A stretch of DNA of 64,000 nt, from the NCBI RefSeq assembly GCF_030028105.1, contig NC_092398.1, positions 28,676,424 through 28,740,423 on the forward strand. Direction: 5' to 3'. Position numbers and translations under genes: made by a program. This document shows, in pieces, positions 12,541 through 26,150 of this stretch. Below the pieces are notes generated by a model. The model ran no database searches. It was not told where the DNA came from and saw nothing but the letters and a program-made list of their open reading frames with translations. Positions within the stretch are counted from its first letter, which is position 1; each line of letters begins with the position of its first letter. The DNA comes from Mobula birostris (Eukaryota).

Positions 12541-13358
12541 ACCTCAGGGTAATAGTTGAATACGTGAACAAATAGGTAACTAGCATCAGAAAGGACCAGA
12601 GGGACACAGATACTGTATTATGGGTGATAATTTTAAGAGGTGCTGCCACTGAACACTAGGTGGTGTAAGAGACCAGAGATGAGGTAGGTGTCTTCACTGG
12701 AATTCCACAAGGTGCATTGTTAATCCGCTTCTCCCTGTACACTCACGACCTCCTGGCCGGATTCTGCTCGAACCCCACCCACAAGTTTGCAGATGAGACC
12801 ACTGTGGCGGGCTGGATCTCAGATACCAATGAGAGGAAGTGGAGGAAAGAAAGAGAGAGCCCAGGGGCACGGATCCGCGCTAACAACCTCTCCCCGACTG
12901 TCGGGAGAACGAAAGAGCTGGTCCTTGACTTCTGGAAGGGAGCGGTGCACTCACTCCTATTTACAGCACTGGTGCCGGGGTGGAGAGCTGATAATTTTTA
13001 ATAGTGAACATTATCAATAAGTTCTGCTCCACGCCGCAGCTAAGAAGGTGCACCATCTCTTCTATGTGGTCTGGAAGATAAAGAAATTTATCTGCCCCCT
13101 TTGTACCCTCTCCAAGTTTTATCGATGCACCATGTTACGTGGATGTATTATGACTTGGTTCGGCAACTGTTCTGCCTGGGATCTGACACCGGACAATGCA
13201 GATAACCGCAAGTGCTCGTCCCAACTGTCATGTGTCTGAAGATCATCGCCACGGTGTTGGAAAGAGTTTTGAGCTGCAAGATGAAAATTATTTGTAGTTC
13301 CATGAACACCAGAGCAGTGCGTACAGTAATTGTGATCGGTGCAGACTCTGGACCTTAC

Positions 13359-13632
13359 CCCAAACTGCACATCTCTCCAGGACACCCCTGTGCTCCAGTT
13401 GAGAAGTATAGGTGCTCCCCCTGCTGGGGTCAACGCTGACATGAAGTCTGAGTTGGAATATGTCAGTTTGGCAAAATGCTGCTCCTGAACATCTCCTGCT
13501 TGATGGCTTCGCCATTCCGCAGCCATGCTGTGTTGACGTCCGTTGGGTAAATTCCATCCACTCTGTACATCAGGACTAAGGGCTTTACTCCCACGTTCAG
13601 CTGTGTTGACGTTATGGCAATGGAACGTTTCA
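13359..13632 (-). pseudogene. Second WB-like gene, disrupted beta2 (Ig-C1) exon
   Basis: Acceptor ccactgcag, donor TGG G|GTAAGG. Reads VKRSIAITSTQLNVGVKPLVLMYRVDGIYPTDVNTAWLRNGEAIKQEMFRSSILPN / frameshift / DIFQLRLHVSVDPSRGSTYTSQLEHRGVLERCAVW. 274 nt; both canonical Ig cysteines are replaced (Y, S). Confidence 0.88.
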
Positions 13633-16600
13633 CTGCAGTGGAGAGAAACCATAAGAAACAGGAGCAGAATTAGGTCATTCGGCCCATCGAGTCTGCTCTG
13701 CCTTTCCATCATGGCTGATTCATTATCCCTCTCAACTCCATTCTCCTGTCTTCTTCCCAGAACCTTTGATGCCATTACCAATCAAGAACTAACAACCTCC
13801 ACTTTAAATACACCCAATGACTTGACCCCCACGGCTGTTTGTGACAATGAATTTCACAAATTCACCACCCTCTGGCTGAAGAAATTCCTCCTCGGCTCTG
13901 TTCTAAAGGGACGCACTTCCATTCCGATGCAGTGCCTCAGTATTACTGAGAATGCTCAGTACAGGAGAGGGAATATCACGTTATAGCATATTGGTAAGGT
14001 CACCTCCATAGTGCTGAGGCTATGAAGACTGCCCCAGCTTCTGTGCTCCATGCCCGCTAACATGATAAACTGATAAGCCAGGCTTTGGGCTGCTCCAGGG
14101 TTCGGATCTAAGGATCATTTTTGGTTTGGAATGCTGTTGTCTGCATGACTTCTTTTTGCTTTCTCTTGCACATTGATTGTTGTTTTTTCTTTAATTAGGT
14201 TCTTTCAGGTTCCTTGCTTTGTGGCCACCTGTGAGCAAACAAATCTCAATGTTGTTTAATTTTTACATTCTTTGATAACAAATGCACTTGAATCTTGAAT
14301 CAATGTACAGATCTGGTCACTCTCCTGTAGGAAGAATTTTATTAAATGAATAAGGTGCAAACAGGATGTTACCAAGACAAGAGATTATAAGAAGCTGGAT
14401 AGGCTGGGTCTTTACCTTCTCAATTGTAGGAGTTTGAAATGTGACCTTATAAACTTCTGAGGTTTATAAGACCACTCTTGGAATATTGTGTTCAGCCATG
14501 TTTGCTTCATTATAGGAAGGACATTGACACTTTAGAGAGGTTGCAGATCAGATTTTTCAGGATGTTGTCTGTTCTAGAGAGCATGTCTTATGAGGACAGT
14601 TTGAGCAAGCTAGGGATTTTCCCTTTGGAGCAAATAAGATGAAAGTTGACTTCATAGAGGTGTAAAATGATAAGAGGCATAGATCAAGTAGATAGCCAGA
14701 AACTCTTTCCCAAGGCCAAAATGCCTAATACAAGAGGGCATAATTTTAAGGTGATTGATGGGAAGAATGGTGGGGGGGGGGGGGAAGATGTCAGAGATAA
14801 GTTTTTACACAGAGTGGTGGGTGTGTGGAATGCACTACCAGGGTGGTGGTGGAGGCAGATACATTAGGGGCTTTTAAGAAACTCTTAAATAGGTACATGA
14901 ATGATAGGAAAATGGAGGTCTATGTGGGAGTGTAGAGGTAGATTGATCTAGGAGTAGGTTTAAAGGTCTGCACAACATCTTGCGCCAAAGGGTCTGACTG
15001 TGCTGTAATGTTCTGTGAAGTCATAAGGGACATAGAGAAGGTGAATACAATCTTTTTCTCCAGGTTGGGTAGAAGTGAGAGCGTGAGAAAGAAAGACTTA
15101 TAAAGGACCTGAGGGGAAACTTGTTCCACATGAAGTCATGTAGTTATTGGGAATGAGCTGGCAGAGGAATATTTGAAGCAGGTATAGTTATGATATTTGA
15201 AAGGCCTTTGGGCCATTAAAGATTAAATGATCTAAAGATTAGCCTCACTTGTCACATGTACATCGAAACACATATCGAATCACAAACACAAGAGCTTCTG
15301 CGGATGCTGGAAATCCAGAGCAACACTTTGTGTGAACGATGATCACAGACTGAGGATTGCGCTGCAGGCCTTGCCATGCTTTTGAAGCCTTCGTAGCATT
15401 CCCACATGGATAGGAAAGATTTAGAGCAGTGGTTCCCTTCCTGGGGTTCTGAGATGCCTCTGTTAATGGTCGGGGTCCATGGCATAAAACAATGATGAGA
15501 ACCCCTGGTTCACAGGGACATGGACCAAATGCAGGTTTCTGTCCTGCTGTTTGAAGACTATTGAATCATTCCCTAGTATGACAAGATGGGCTCTGGATCA
15601 CACCGTGTGCCTCTCCATGGCCTTACAGCTTATTGTCTACCTACTTACACTCTGAAACTGTATCTCTTTGTTCTGTATTCTGTTATTGTTTTATCCTCGT
15701 ACTACCTCAATGCACAGTTGTAATGAAATGATCTGCATGGACGACATGTACTGTACCTTCATTAGGCTACTCGTTCAGATTAATTCAGTTCAAGGTGGAA
15801 GATTATTTATCGTCATTCTTCAGTACACGAGTGTAAAGGAAAACAAAATGATTGTTATTTCCAGTCCAACACAGCACAAAACAATACAATTAGAAGACCA
15901 GTAAATATAAAAGCAATTCTATAAAACAGAACGTACAAGTGAGAGTTTGAGTGCAGCCATATATACTCAAGATTAGCTTATACACAGGGACTGATTCTAC
16001 GTACACAAAGTGACAGTAGGTACAGGATTCTGTTATCCTCGGCTTCATAAGTCCAGGGAAGACAATCTCCGGCCCTGCCAAACATGTGAGACTAAGTCAC
16101 GAGCCCACCCCGAAATCCCCTGTTCGTGTGTAATTTGTTACCCTGTTACAAATGAGTGCATGAAATTACAGACAGTACAACGCATTCAGTTAAAAGATTT
16201 AGCTTTACAATTCTTAACTTGACGAAAGGGTTAGTGAAGAAAGAACAAAAAAAAAGAAAAGGGCCCATTTTTGTGAAGCAGTCTAATGTGCACAAGTTGG
16301 ACTCTCGGTTTCCCCATCGGTGATCCTCCATTGATCACCCTGGGCTTTGTCGAATCATGGTCCTGCTCTGGGTCCAATCCTATGGCCTCTTCCCTCCCAC
16401 GTCCTCTCTCTTCATCTCTCTCTGACAAGAGCCCCAAGCCCAACCTTAGTATCTCTCACCAGAGAAACCTCCCCTAATCCGACCATCCTAATTGGATGGC
16501 ACACAATTCTCCTATTTCTTATCTTCAACAATCATCATCATCATCATCAGGTGCCATGCCCAGTTTGAGCTTTGACTGCCGTGGCCCACACACTCCTGTT

Positions 16601-18002
16601 TCGGGTCAAGTGGATAAATTCATTGGTATTCATTTCCAGTTCTCTGGCTGCTGTCCCCATCATCATTTGTCTTTGTCTTCCTCTTGCTTTCTTCCCCTCA
16701 ATCTTTTCCATAATTACCGTGCATTCTAACTCCTCTTTCCTAATCACATGCCCAATGAAGTTACGTTGCCTTTTCATGATCTCATACATTATTTCTCTTT
16801 TTGTACTTGCTGTGTTCATGACATCCTCGTTAGATATTTGTTTCATTCATGGCATTCTTTGAATCCTCCTCAAAAAACGCATCTCTGCTGCTTCAATTCA
16901 TTTCCTCATGTTACTAGAGATTGTCCAACATTCTGAGCCATATAACATAACTGGATAAAAGTAACATTTCAGTGCTCTGAGGCGGGTTCTCATGCCTAGT
17001 TTAGTATTGGTCAGTATACTCTTCATTCTCGTAAAGGTGTCTTTTGCCATCCCTATTCTTCTTTTGATGTCCATGTCGCACCTGCTATCTGATCTCACCC
17101 AGCTTCCTAAGTCGCAAAAGTTCTGTACTTGTTTCATGTCTTCCCCATTTATTCTCAGCCTGCAGATAGGATTCCCCTTCTTTTTGGATATCACCATGCA
17201 TTCTGTCTTTTTGCAATTGATAGATAGGCCCATTTTTGCTTTTTCTTCAACAGTTATATCAATTAAGTTTTGTAGTTCTTCCTCCGTACTTGCAATTAAC
17301 ACAGTGTCATCTGCATATCTGAAATTATTGATGTTTTCACTGCCAACTTTGATTCCAAAGATGTCTCTTATTTTTTGTAATATTGTTTCACTGTACACAT
17401 TAAATAAATCAGGAGAGAAAACACACCCTTGTCTAACACCTCTCCTGATTTTCGTAAACTGACTCACATCGCTATCTATTCTTATAGTGGCAGTTTGTTC
17501 CCAGTACAGATTTCTGATTAAGCAGAGGTCTTTCGAATCTAGATCTAGATTTTCTGTAATATTTCAAATAACTTATTGTGCTTCATTTTATCAAATGCTT
17601 TTGTGTAGTCGATAAAACAAACAATCGTTTTGCACTTGAATGGCTTGTTCTGATAGTATCCTTAATATCAATATTGCATTTCTTGTACCTTTGTCTTTCA
17701 CAAAACCACATTGTTCTTTACCTATTTCAGCTTGTATCTTACTTTTAGCTCTTGTCATCAAAACTCTTAGAAGTATCTTGGTAATATGACTCATTAAACT
17801 TATGGTCCTATGTAATTCACATTCTATTGCTCCAGGTTTCTTAGGAAGAGTGATAAATACTGATTTTTTCATCTCTTCTGGTATTATTCCAGTCTCATAA
17901 ATGTCATTGATTAAATCAGTAAATTTTCAATTCCATAATCTTCGAGGGAGATAATTTGTTTATTACTAATTCATCAGGACCTGCTGCCTTTCCTTTCTTC
18001 AT

Positions 18003-20154
18003 AGAAACCATAGAAACCATAGAAAAACTACAGCACAGAAACAGGCCTTTTGGCCCTTCTTGGCTGCGCCGAACCATTTTCTGCCTAGTCCCACTGACCT
18101 GCACATGGACCATATCCCTCCATACACCTCCCATCCATGTATCTGTCCAATTTATTCTTAAATGTTAAAAAAGAACCTGCATTTACCACCTCGTCTGGCA
18201 GCTCATTCCATACTCCCTCCACTCTCTGTGTGAAGAAGCCCCCACTAATGTTCCCTTTAAACTTTTCCCCCCTCACCCTTAACCCATGTCCTCTGGTTTT
18301 TTCTCCCCTTGCCTCAGTGGAAAAAGCCTGCTTGCATTCACTCTATCAATACCCATCATAGTTTTATATACCTCTATCAAATCTCCCCTCATTCTTCTAC
18401 ACTCCAGGGAATAAAGTCCTAACCTATTTAACCTTTCTCTGTAACTGAGTTTCTCAAGTCCTGGCAACATCCTTGTAAACCTTCTCTGCACTCTTTCAAC
18501 CTTATTAATATCCTTCCTGTAATTTGGTGACCAAAACTGAACACAATACTCCAGATTCGGCCTCACCAATGTCTTATACAACGTCATCATAACATTCCAG
18601 CTCTTATTCTCAATACTTTGATTAATAAAGGCCAATGTACCAAAAGCTCTCTTTATGATCCTATCTACCTGTGATGCCACTTTTAGGGAATTTTGTATCT
18701 GTATTCCCAGATCCCTCTGTTCTACTGCACTCCTCAGTGCCTTACCATTTACCCTGTATGTTCTACCTTGGTTTGTCCTTCCAAAGTGCGATACCTCACA
18801 CTTACCTGTATTAAACTCCACCTGCCATTTTTCAGCCCATTTTCCCAGCTGGTCCAAGTCCCTCTGCAGGCTCTGAAAACTTTCCTCACTGTCCACTACA
18901 CCTCCAATCTTTGTATCATCAGCAAATTTGCTGATCCAATTTACCACATTATCATCCAGATCATTGATATAGATGACAAGTAACAATGGACCCAGCACTG
19001 ATCCCTGTGGCACACCACTAGTCACAGGCCTCCACTCTGAGAAGCAATTCTCTACTACCACTCTTTGGCTTCTTCCATTGAGCCAATGTCTAATCCAGTT
19101 TACCACCTCTCCATGTATACCTAGTGACTGAATTTTCCTAACTAACCTCCCATGCGGGACCTTGTCAAAGGCCTTACTGAAGTCCATGTGGACAACATCC
19201 ACTGCCCTCCCTTCATCCATTTTCCTGGTAACCTCCCCAAAAAACTCCAATATGACCTACCACACACAAAGCCATCTTGACTCTCCCTAATAAATCCCTG
19301 TCTATCCAAATGCTTGTAGATTCTGTCTCTTAGTACTCCCTCCAATAACTTACCCACTACCGACGTCAAACTTACTGGCCTCTAATTTCCCGGATTACTT
19401 TTCAATCCTTTTTTAAACAATGGAACACCATGAGCCACTCTCCAATCCTCTGGCACCTCACCCATAGACACCGCCATTTTAAATATATCTGCCAGGGTCC
19501 CTGCAATTTCAACACTAGTCTCCTTCAAGGTCCGAGAGAATACCCTGTCAGGTCCTGGGGATTTATCCACTTTAATTTGCCTCAAGATAGCAAGCACCTC
19601 CTCCTTTTCAATCTGTACAGTTTCCATGATCTCACTACTTGTTTCCCTTAATTCCATAGACTTCATGCCAGTTTCCTTAGTAAATACAGATGCAAAAAAA
19701 CCATTTAAGATCTCCCTCATTTCTTTTGGTTCCGCACATAGCTGACCACTCTGATCTTCAAGAGGACCAATTTTATCCCTTACAATCCTTTTACTCTTAA
19801 TATACCTGTAAAAGCTCTTTGGATTATCCTTCACTTTGATTGCCAAGGCAACCTCATGTCTTCTTTTAGCCTTCCTGATTTCTTTCTTAAGTATTTTCTT
19901 GCACTTTTTATACTCCTCAAGCACCTTATTTACTCCCTGTTTCCTATACATGTCATACAACTCTCTCTTCTTCTTTATCAGAGTTGCAATATCCCTTGAG
20001 AACCAAGGTTCCTTATTCCTATTCACTTTGCCTTTAATCCTGACAGGAACATACAAGCTCTGCACTCTCAAAATTTCTCCTTTGAAGGCTTCCCACTTAC
20101 CGATCACATCCTTGCCAGAGAACAACCTGTCCCAATCCACGCTTTTTAGATCCT
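18003..20154 (-). mobile_element. CR1 LINE, 5'-truncated, nested in the RTE
   Basis: 323-aa RT ORF at 18279-19250 ([26 protein letters not shown]) and a (GGTTTCTAT)n tail. ttcat is duplicated at both junctions, and the host reads AINKMKKGKAAGPDEL when rejoined. Confidence 0.95.
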
Positions 20155-21230
20155 TTCATCTTATTTATTGCATTACAAACTTCAGATTTTAAAATACTTG
20201 GACCTTCAATGTTTTTCTTAATTTCTGGTTTTTCACCTCGATCGTCTTCAAACAATTCCTGAATATACTCAGTTCATAATCTGTTCATAATCTCATCTTT
20301 TTCCATGATAATGGTACCGTCTTTTGTTTTCAAACATCCACCTGAAGAACAGAGGAGCTTTTTACCAGTGATATTCTTGATTTGTTGATGTAACCTTTTT
20401 GAATCAGTAATAAGGATTCTTTCTATTTGCTCACATTCCTGATTTAACCATTCTTCTTGGCTTTTTGACATAAGCTTTTAACTTCTTTATCTAAGGACTT
20501 GTATTCATAAGATTTGCTTTTTTCCGTCTCCTTTCTTCCATTAGATTTTTGATTTCATCTGTCATCTATTTATTCTTTGTGCTTGTTTTCTTTTTTGGGA
20601 ATCACTGACTTTCCTGATTCTACCAAGGCATCCTTTAGAGAGTTAAATTTCATTTCTACATGATTGCTATCATCTTCAACAGATCCTATTTCTAGACTTT
20701 GAAATCTATTCCTTACTTCAATTGTAAATTTTTGTCTTAAGTTTACTTCTTTAATTAATTGCAAGTAGCCAAGGGATTGTTCAGGTTTTTGCTTGTTTAG
20801 TTTTTTAAGTTTTACTTTTACATGACATATTACTGGGTTATGGTCACTATTACAGTCTGCACCTGGATATGTTTTGCATTGAGTCACTGAGTTTCTAAAT
20901 CTTTGGTTTATAGTAATAAAGTCAATTTGATTTCTAGTGTTATCACCTGGACCTTTCCAGGTCCACAAGCCTCTTGGATGGTTTTTAAAGTAGGTAGTCA
21001 TAATGACCTGATTATTCATCTTGCACCATTCTACCCGCCTCTCACCTCTTTCACTTCTTTCCCCTAGTCCAAATTTTCCTATGGTATTTCCATCAGCACC
21101 TTGTCCTACTTTAGCATTTAGATCTCTCATGACAATAACAATATCTTGAAATTTGCATCCATTCTTTGCTTGTTCAAGCTCTTCATAGAATTTATCTACA
21201 GTATATCCTCATTTGTTCCATCTGTTGTTG

Positions 21231-23574
21231 AGCAATGAGGAAGGGTTAATTAGCAATCTTGTCGCGAGAGGACCCTTGGGTAAGAGTGACCATAATATGG
21301 TGGAATTCTTCATTAAGATGGAGAGTGACATAGTTAATTCAGAAACAAAGGTTCTGAACTTAAGGAAGCTTAATTTTGAATGTATGAGACGTGAATTAGC
21401 TAAGATAGACTGGCAAACGACACTTAAAGGGTTGATGGTGGATATGCAATGGCAAGCATTTAAAGATCGCATGGACGAACTACAACAATTGTTCATCCTA
21501 GTTTCGCAAAAGAATAAATCAGGGAAGGTAGTGCACCCATGGCTGACATGGGAAATTAGGGATAGTATCAATTCCAAAGAAGAAGCATACAAATTAGCCA
21601 GAAAAAGTGGCTCACCTGAGGACTGGGAGAAATTCAGAGTCCAGTGAGGAGGACAAAGGGCTTAATTAGGAAAGGGAAAGAAAATTATGAGAGAAAACTG
21701 GCAGGGAACATAAAAACTGACTGTAAAAGCTTTTATAGATATGTGAAAAGAAAAGGATTGGTTAAGACAAATGTAGGTCCCCTACAGACAGAAACAGGTG
21801 AATTGATTATGGGGAGCAAGGACATGGCAGACCAATTGAATAAGTACTTTGGTTCTGTCTTCACTAAGGAGGACATAAATAATCTTCTGGAAATAGTAGG
21901 GGACAGAGGGTCCAGTGAGATGGAGGAATTGAGGAAAATACATGTTAGTAGGGAAGTGGTTTTAGGTAAATTGAAGGGATTAATGGTAGATAAATCCCCA
22001 GGGCCAGATGGTCTGCATCCCAGAGTGCTTAAGGAAGTAGCCCAAGAAATAATGGATGCATTAGTGATAATTTTTCAAAACTCTTTGGATTCTGGACTAG
22101 TTCCTGAGGATTGGAGGGTGGCTAATGTAACCCCACTTTTTAAAAAGAGGAAGGAGAGAGAAACCGGGGAATTATAGACCAGTTAGCCTAACATCAGTGG
22201 TGGGGAAAATGCTACAGTCAGTTATCAAAGATGTGATAACAGCACGTTTGGAAAGCAGTGAAATCATCAGACAAAGTCAGCATGGATTTGTGAAAGGAAA
22301 ATCATGTCTGACGAATCTCATAGAATTTTTTGAAGATGTAACTAGTAGAGTGGATGGGGAGAACCAGTGGATGTGGAATATTTGGATTTTCAAAAGGCTT
22401 TTGACAAGGTCCCACACAGGAGATTAGTGTGCAAACTTAAAGCACATGGTATTGGGAATAAGGTATTGATGTGGATAGAGAATTGGTTGGCAGATGGGAA
22501 GCAAAGAGTGGGAATAAACGGGACCTTTTCAGAATGGCAGGCAGTGACTAGTGGGGTACCGCAAGGCTCAGTGCTGGGACCCCAATTGTTTACAATATAT
22601 ATTAATGACTTAGATGAGGGAATTAAATGCAGCATCTCCAAGTTTGTGGATGACACGAAGCTGGGCAGCAGTGTTAGCTGTGAGGAGGATGCTAAGAGGA
22701 TGCAGGGTGACTTGGATAGGTTAGGTGAGTAGGCAAATTCATGGCAGATGCAATTTAATGTGGATAAATGTGAGGTTATCCACTTTGGTGGCAAAGACAG
22801 GAAAACAGATTATTATTTGAATGGTGGCCGATTAGGAAAAGGGGAGGTGCAACGAGACCTGGGTGTCATTATACACCAGTCATTGAAAGTGGGCATGCAG
22901 GTACAGCAGGCGGTGAAAAAGGCGAATGGTATGCTGGCATTTATAGCGAGAGGATTTGAGTACAGGAGCAGGGAGGTACTACTGCAGTTGTACAAGGCCT
23001 TGGTGAGACCACACCTAGAGTATTGTGTGCAGCTTTGGTCCCCTAATCTGAGGAAAGACATCCTTGCCATAGAGGGAGTACAAAGAAGGTTCACCAGATT
23101 GATTCCTGGGATGGCAGGACTTTCATATGAAAGACTGGATCGACTAGGTTTATACTCATTGGAATTTAGAAGATTGAGGGGGGATCTTATTGAAACGTAT
23201 AAAATCCTAAAGGGATTGCACAGGCTAGATGCAGGAAGATTGTTCGCGATGTTGGGGAAGTCCAGAATGAGGGGTCACCGTTTGAGGATAAAGGGGAAGC
23301 CTTTTAGGACCGAGATGAGGAAAAACTTCTTCACACAGAGAGTGGTGAATCTGTGGAATTCTCTGCCACAGAAACAGTTGAGGCCAGTTCATTGGCTATG
23401 TTTAAAAGGGAGTTAGATATGGGCCTTGTAGCTAAAGGGATCAGGGGGTATGGAGGGAAGGCTGGTACAGGTTTCTGAGGGATGATCAGCCATGATCATA
23501 CTGAATGGCGGTGCAGGCTCGAAGGGCTGAATGGCCTACTACTGCACCTATTTTCTATGTTTCTATGCTTCTAT
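21231..23574 (+). mobile_element. CR1 LINE, 5'-truncated, nested in the RTE
   Basis: RT ORFs at 21644-23416 ([18 protein letters not shown]) and a (TTTCTATG)n tail. It interrupts the host IQVY-(AP)-TTDG motif. Confidence 0.95.
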
Positions 23575-24858
23575 ACCTGTATAATTGCTAAATCAAATGG
23601 TTGTCCTCTGAATCTAACAAGGAGCACTCTTTCTGATATTGCCCAATGTCCTAAATCACTTTTTAACCATGTTTTCATTCATAAGAATTCCTGCTCCATT
23701 AGTACATGGGATGTTCCACAAGAATAAGTTAGTGTTTTATTTCTATTCTGACATGTTCCAGCACTTATCCAATGAACTTTGCTAATTCTCATGTTGTTAA
23801 TCTTTAGTCTTTCCATTTCACTTATCACATTGTCCAATCTTCCTGCTTGATATAGGGTTCTGACATTCCAAGTGGCAATAATTTTATTTTGCGTTACTTG
23901 AATTTTATGAGCAGTAGCTTGATGACGGCTGGGGATCCCCTGCTGACCAGAATCAACCCTACCGAGCGAAACATCTTAGACTTGTCTTGAAGATCCTCTT
24001 GACGCTGTTGTTGTGTGATACATTTTGTGAGTTTGACCATGGTTTTCTTAGCAAATAGATTCTAGGAAACCTAGTATCTAGCAACAGTGGTTTGCTATTG
24101 CCTATCGTTGGGCAAACTAAAGAAATCGCCATTTCTCCTCCACCTGTACTATAGCCGTTGACATCTTCAACAATAAACTAAACATAAGCTGAAAACAAGC
24201 AGCTCACACAGAAGAGCACAAAATGAAATACAAAACAGCATAACATTAAAAAAATACGAACCAGGGCATTACATGCACATAAGATTACTGACAGGAACAA
24301 GGCCTGTTCCCGAGCTGTGTGACTCTGATGGACAGCATAGTCATGATGGGCCACAGGGTCTGCTCCTATGCTGACTGACCTTATTGTGTCAGTGCACAGA
24401 CGGTGGGGACACTGTCAGCCACACCCTCTTCATCCTTAGTCATCCAGTACGGAGGGGCAGGGAGAAAGGCTGATGCCCCAGTTAACCTGCTCCTGGAAGC
24501 TGGGTAAGATAATTACCTGTGGGTTTTGGAGGTGGGTAGTGGAGGGTTCTGACTAAGCTGATTACCTGGCAATGTTTGAGGGAGAGGGGGATGCCCGTGC
24601 CTGGGCAGATCTGGAAAAAGAGCATGCACAGTGACTATGGGTAGTAAGGGGTATTTCTATACTTTTGGGCACTCTGGGGGGGTTGGGGCTAAATGCTATC
24701 CTCGATGAGGATAGGAATGTGTTAGCGTAATCTGTATTAGTCATAATTTGCCTGTTTACGTTTGTAATGCAGTGTATCAGAGCACTGCAGTGGTTTGAAT
24801 TGAGAATAAATGTAGTTTTGTAAAGAAACTGGTGGGGGCGCTGTTGTCAGCGATTTGC

Positions 24859-25124
24859 CTTGCATTTGTAGAGTTGGCGTCATAACTTCCATGATGTTAT
24901 GATGTAGACAGCTTGGCATTCAGGATCAGAACTTCCTTGGTACGGTTGACTTCAAAGACAGGGTTTGTGGTGGTTCAGGCCACTGATAAAGTCTTCCAAC
25001 AGTGGAATACTGGCCAGAAATTTCCTGACAGAGAAATCAAAATAGGTGATGTCTTTGCCATCATAACCAAATCGCAGGCCTGTTTCTGAGAACCACAGAG
25101 CTGTGTAGGAGCCGACTGTCTTCC
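24859..25124 (-). pseudogene. Second WB-like gene, disrupted beta1 exon
   Basis: Acceptor tgttcatcag, then GKTVGSYTALWFSETGLRFGYDGKDITYFDFSVRKFLASIPLLEDFISGLNHHKPCL* (stop at 24952-24954). A beta1-like C-terminus (HHNIMEVMTPTLQMQ) is in another frame. The exon is 266 nt (not a multiple of 3) and the donor reads G|GCAAAT. A 35-aa core aligns without gaps to WB beta1 (13/35 identical). Confidence 0.75.
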
Positions 25125-25489
25125 CTGATGAACACAATTGAGAAGAAGGATAGTTGAAGAGTCGTCACAAGGGTAGGGTGTGTTGCGAATGAATTGCATG
25201 AAACATGGTGATTTCAATCTTCTGAGTTGCAGGTTCCACCTGACTATAAGTTACAATTTCAATCCCTTTGCTCCCATGCTAGACAACACACTTGTTAGAC
25301 CACACTTACGTTGACTGTGTGACTATCAGAAATGGCTGAGAGTATTGGATACAACAAAGTTTACGGGAGCAGAAGCCACCGCAGCTGTAGTACTGTAGAC
25401 CAGAACTAGGCATGCCTCTAATGAATGGTGGGGAGAAGCAAAGGGATCTTGGGGCTCACATCCATAGATCGCTCAATGTTTGGTAGGAC

Positions 25490-26150
25490 AAGTTATCAGA
25501 TCAGGTTTAATACCACTGGCATATGTCATGTAAATTGTTGATTTGTTGCTTTGTGGCAGCAGTACAATGCAATTATTGACATATAAAACTATGAATTACA
25601 ATAAGAACATATAGAATTAAATAAGTACTGCAAAAAGAGAGGGAAAAATTCTGAGGTGGTGTTCATGGGTTCATTGTCCATTCAGAAATCTGATGGAAGA
25701 GGGGAAGATTCTGTCCCTGAAACATTGAATGTGCCTCCTCAGGCTCCCATACCTCCTCCTTGATGGTAGCAAAGAGAAGACATGTCCTAGATGATGGGGT
25801 CCTTTGTGATGAATGCTACCTGCCTGAGGTATTGCCTTTTGAAGATGTCCTGGATGTTGAGGAGGCTAGTGCCCATGATGCAGCTGGCTGAGTTTACAAC
25901 TTTCTACAGAGTTTTCTGATCCCGTGTCATGGCCCCTCCATAACAAACTGCGATGCAACCAGTTTGAATGCTCCCCATAGTACATCTATAGAAATCTGCA
26001 TGTGTCCGTAGTGACATACCAATTTTCTTCCAACTCCCAATGAAATACAGCCGCCATTGAGACTTCTTTGTAATTGCATCGATATGTTGAACCCAGATTA
26101 GAGCTTCAGAGATGTTAACACCCAAGAACTGGAAACCGCTCACCTTTCCA
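25490..26150 (-). mobile_element. Rex1/L2-like LINE 3' fragment
   Basis: FQFLGVNISE.L.W..HID...RLYF motif in the ORF at 25904-26191. Confidence 0.7.

Larger units (their letters stand above)
16533..24162 (-). mobile_element. Full-length RTE-clade LINE (~3.1 kb net) with 12-bp TSD, split by two nested CR1 insertions
   Basis: TSD atcttcaacaat at 16521-16532 and 24163-24174, a (TGA)n 3' tail, an APE domain (DLNAKVG...NQIDFI...SDH) and RT (RQGCVFSPDLFN...YADD). Confidence 0.92.

Noticed and set aside
3300-13350. TM/cytoplasmic exon of the WB-like pseudogene
   Set aside because: Minus-strand unique segments (e.g. 9400-9520, 13180-13290) were examined and none gave a convincing TM with splice sites, so it was not annotated.
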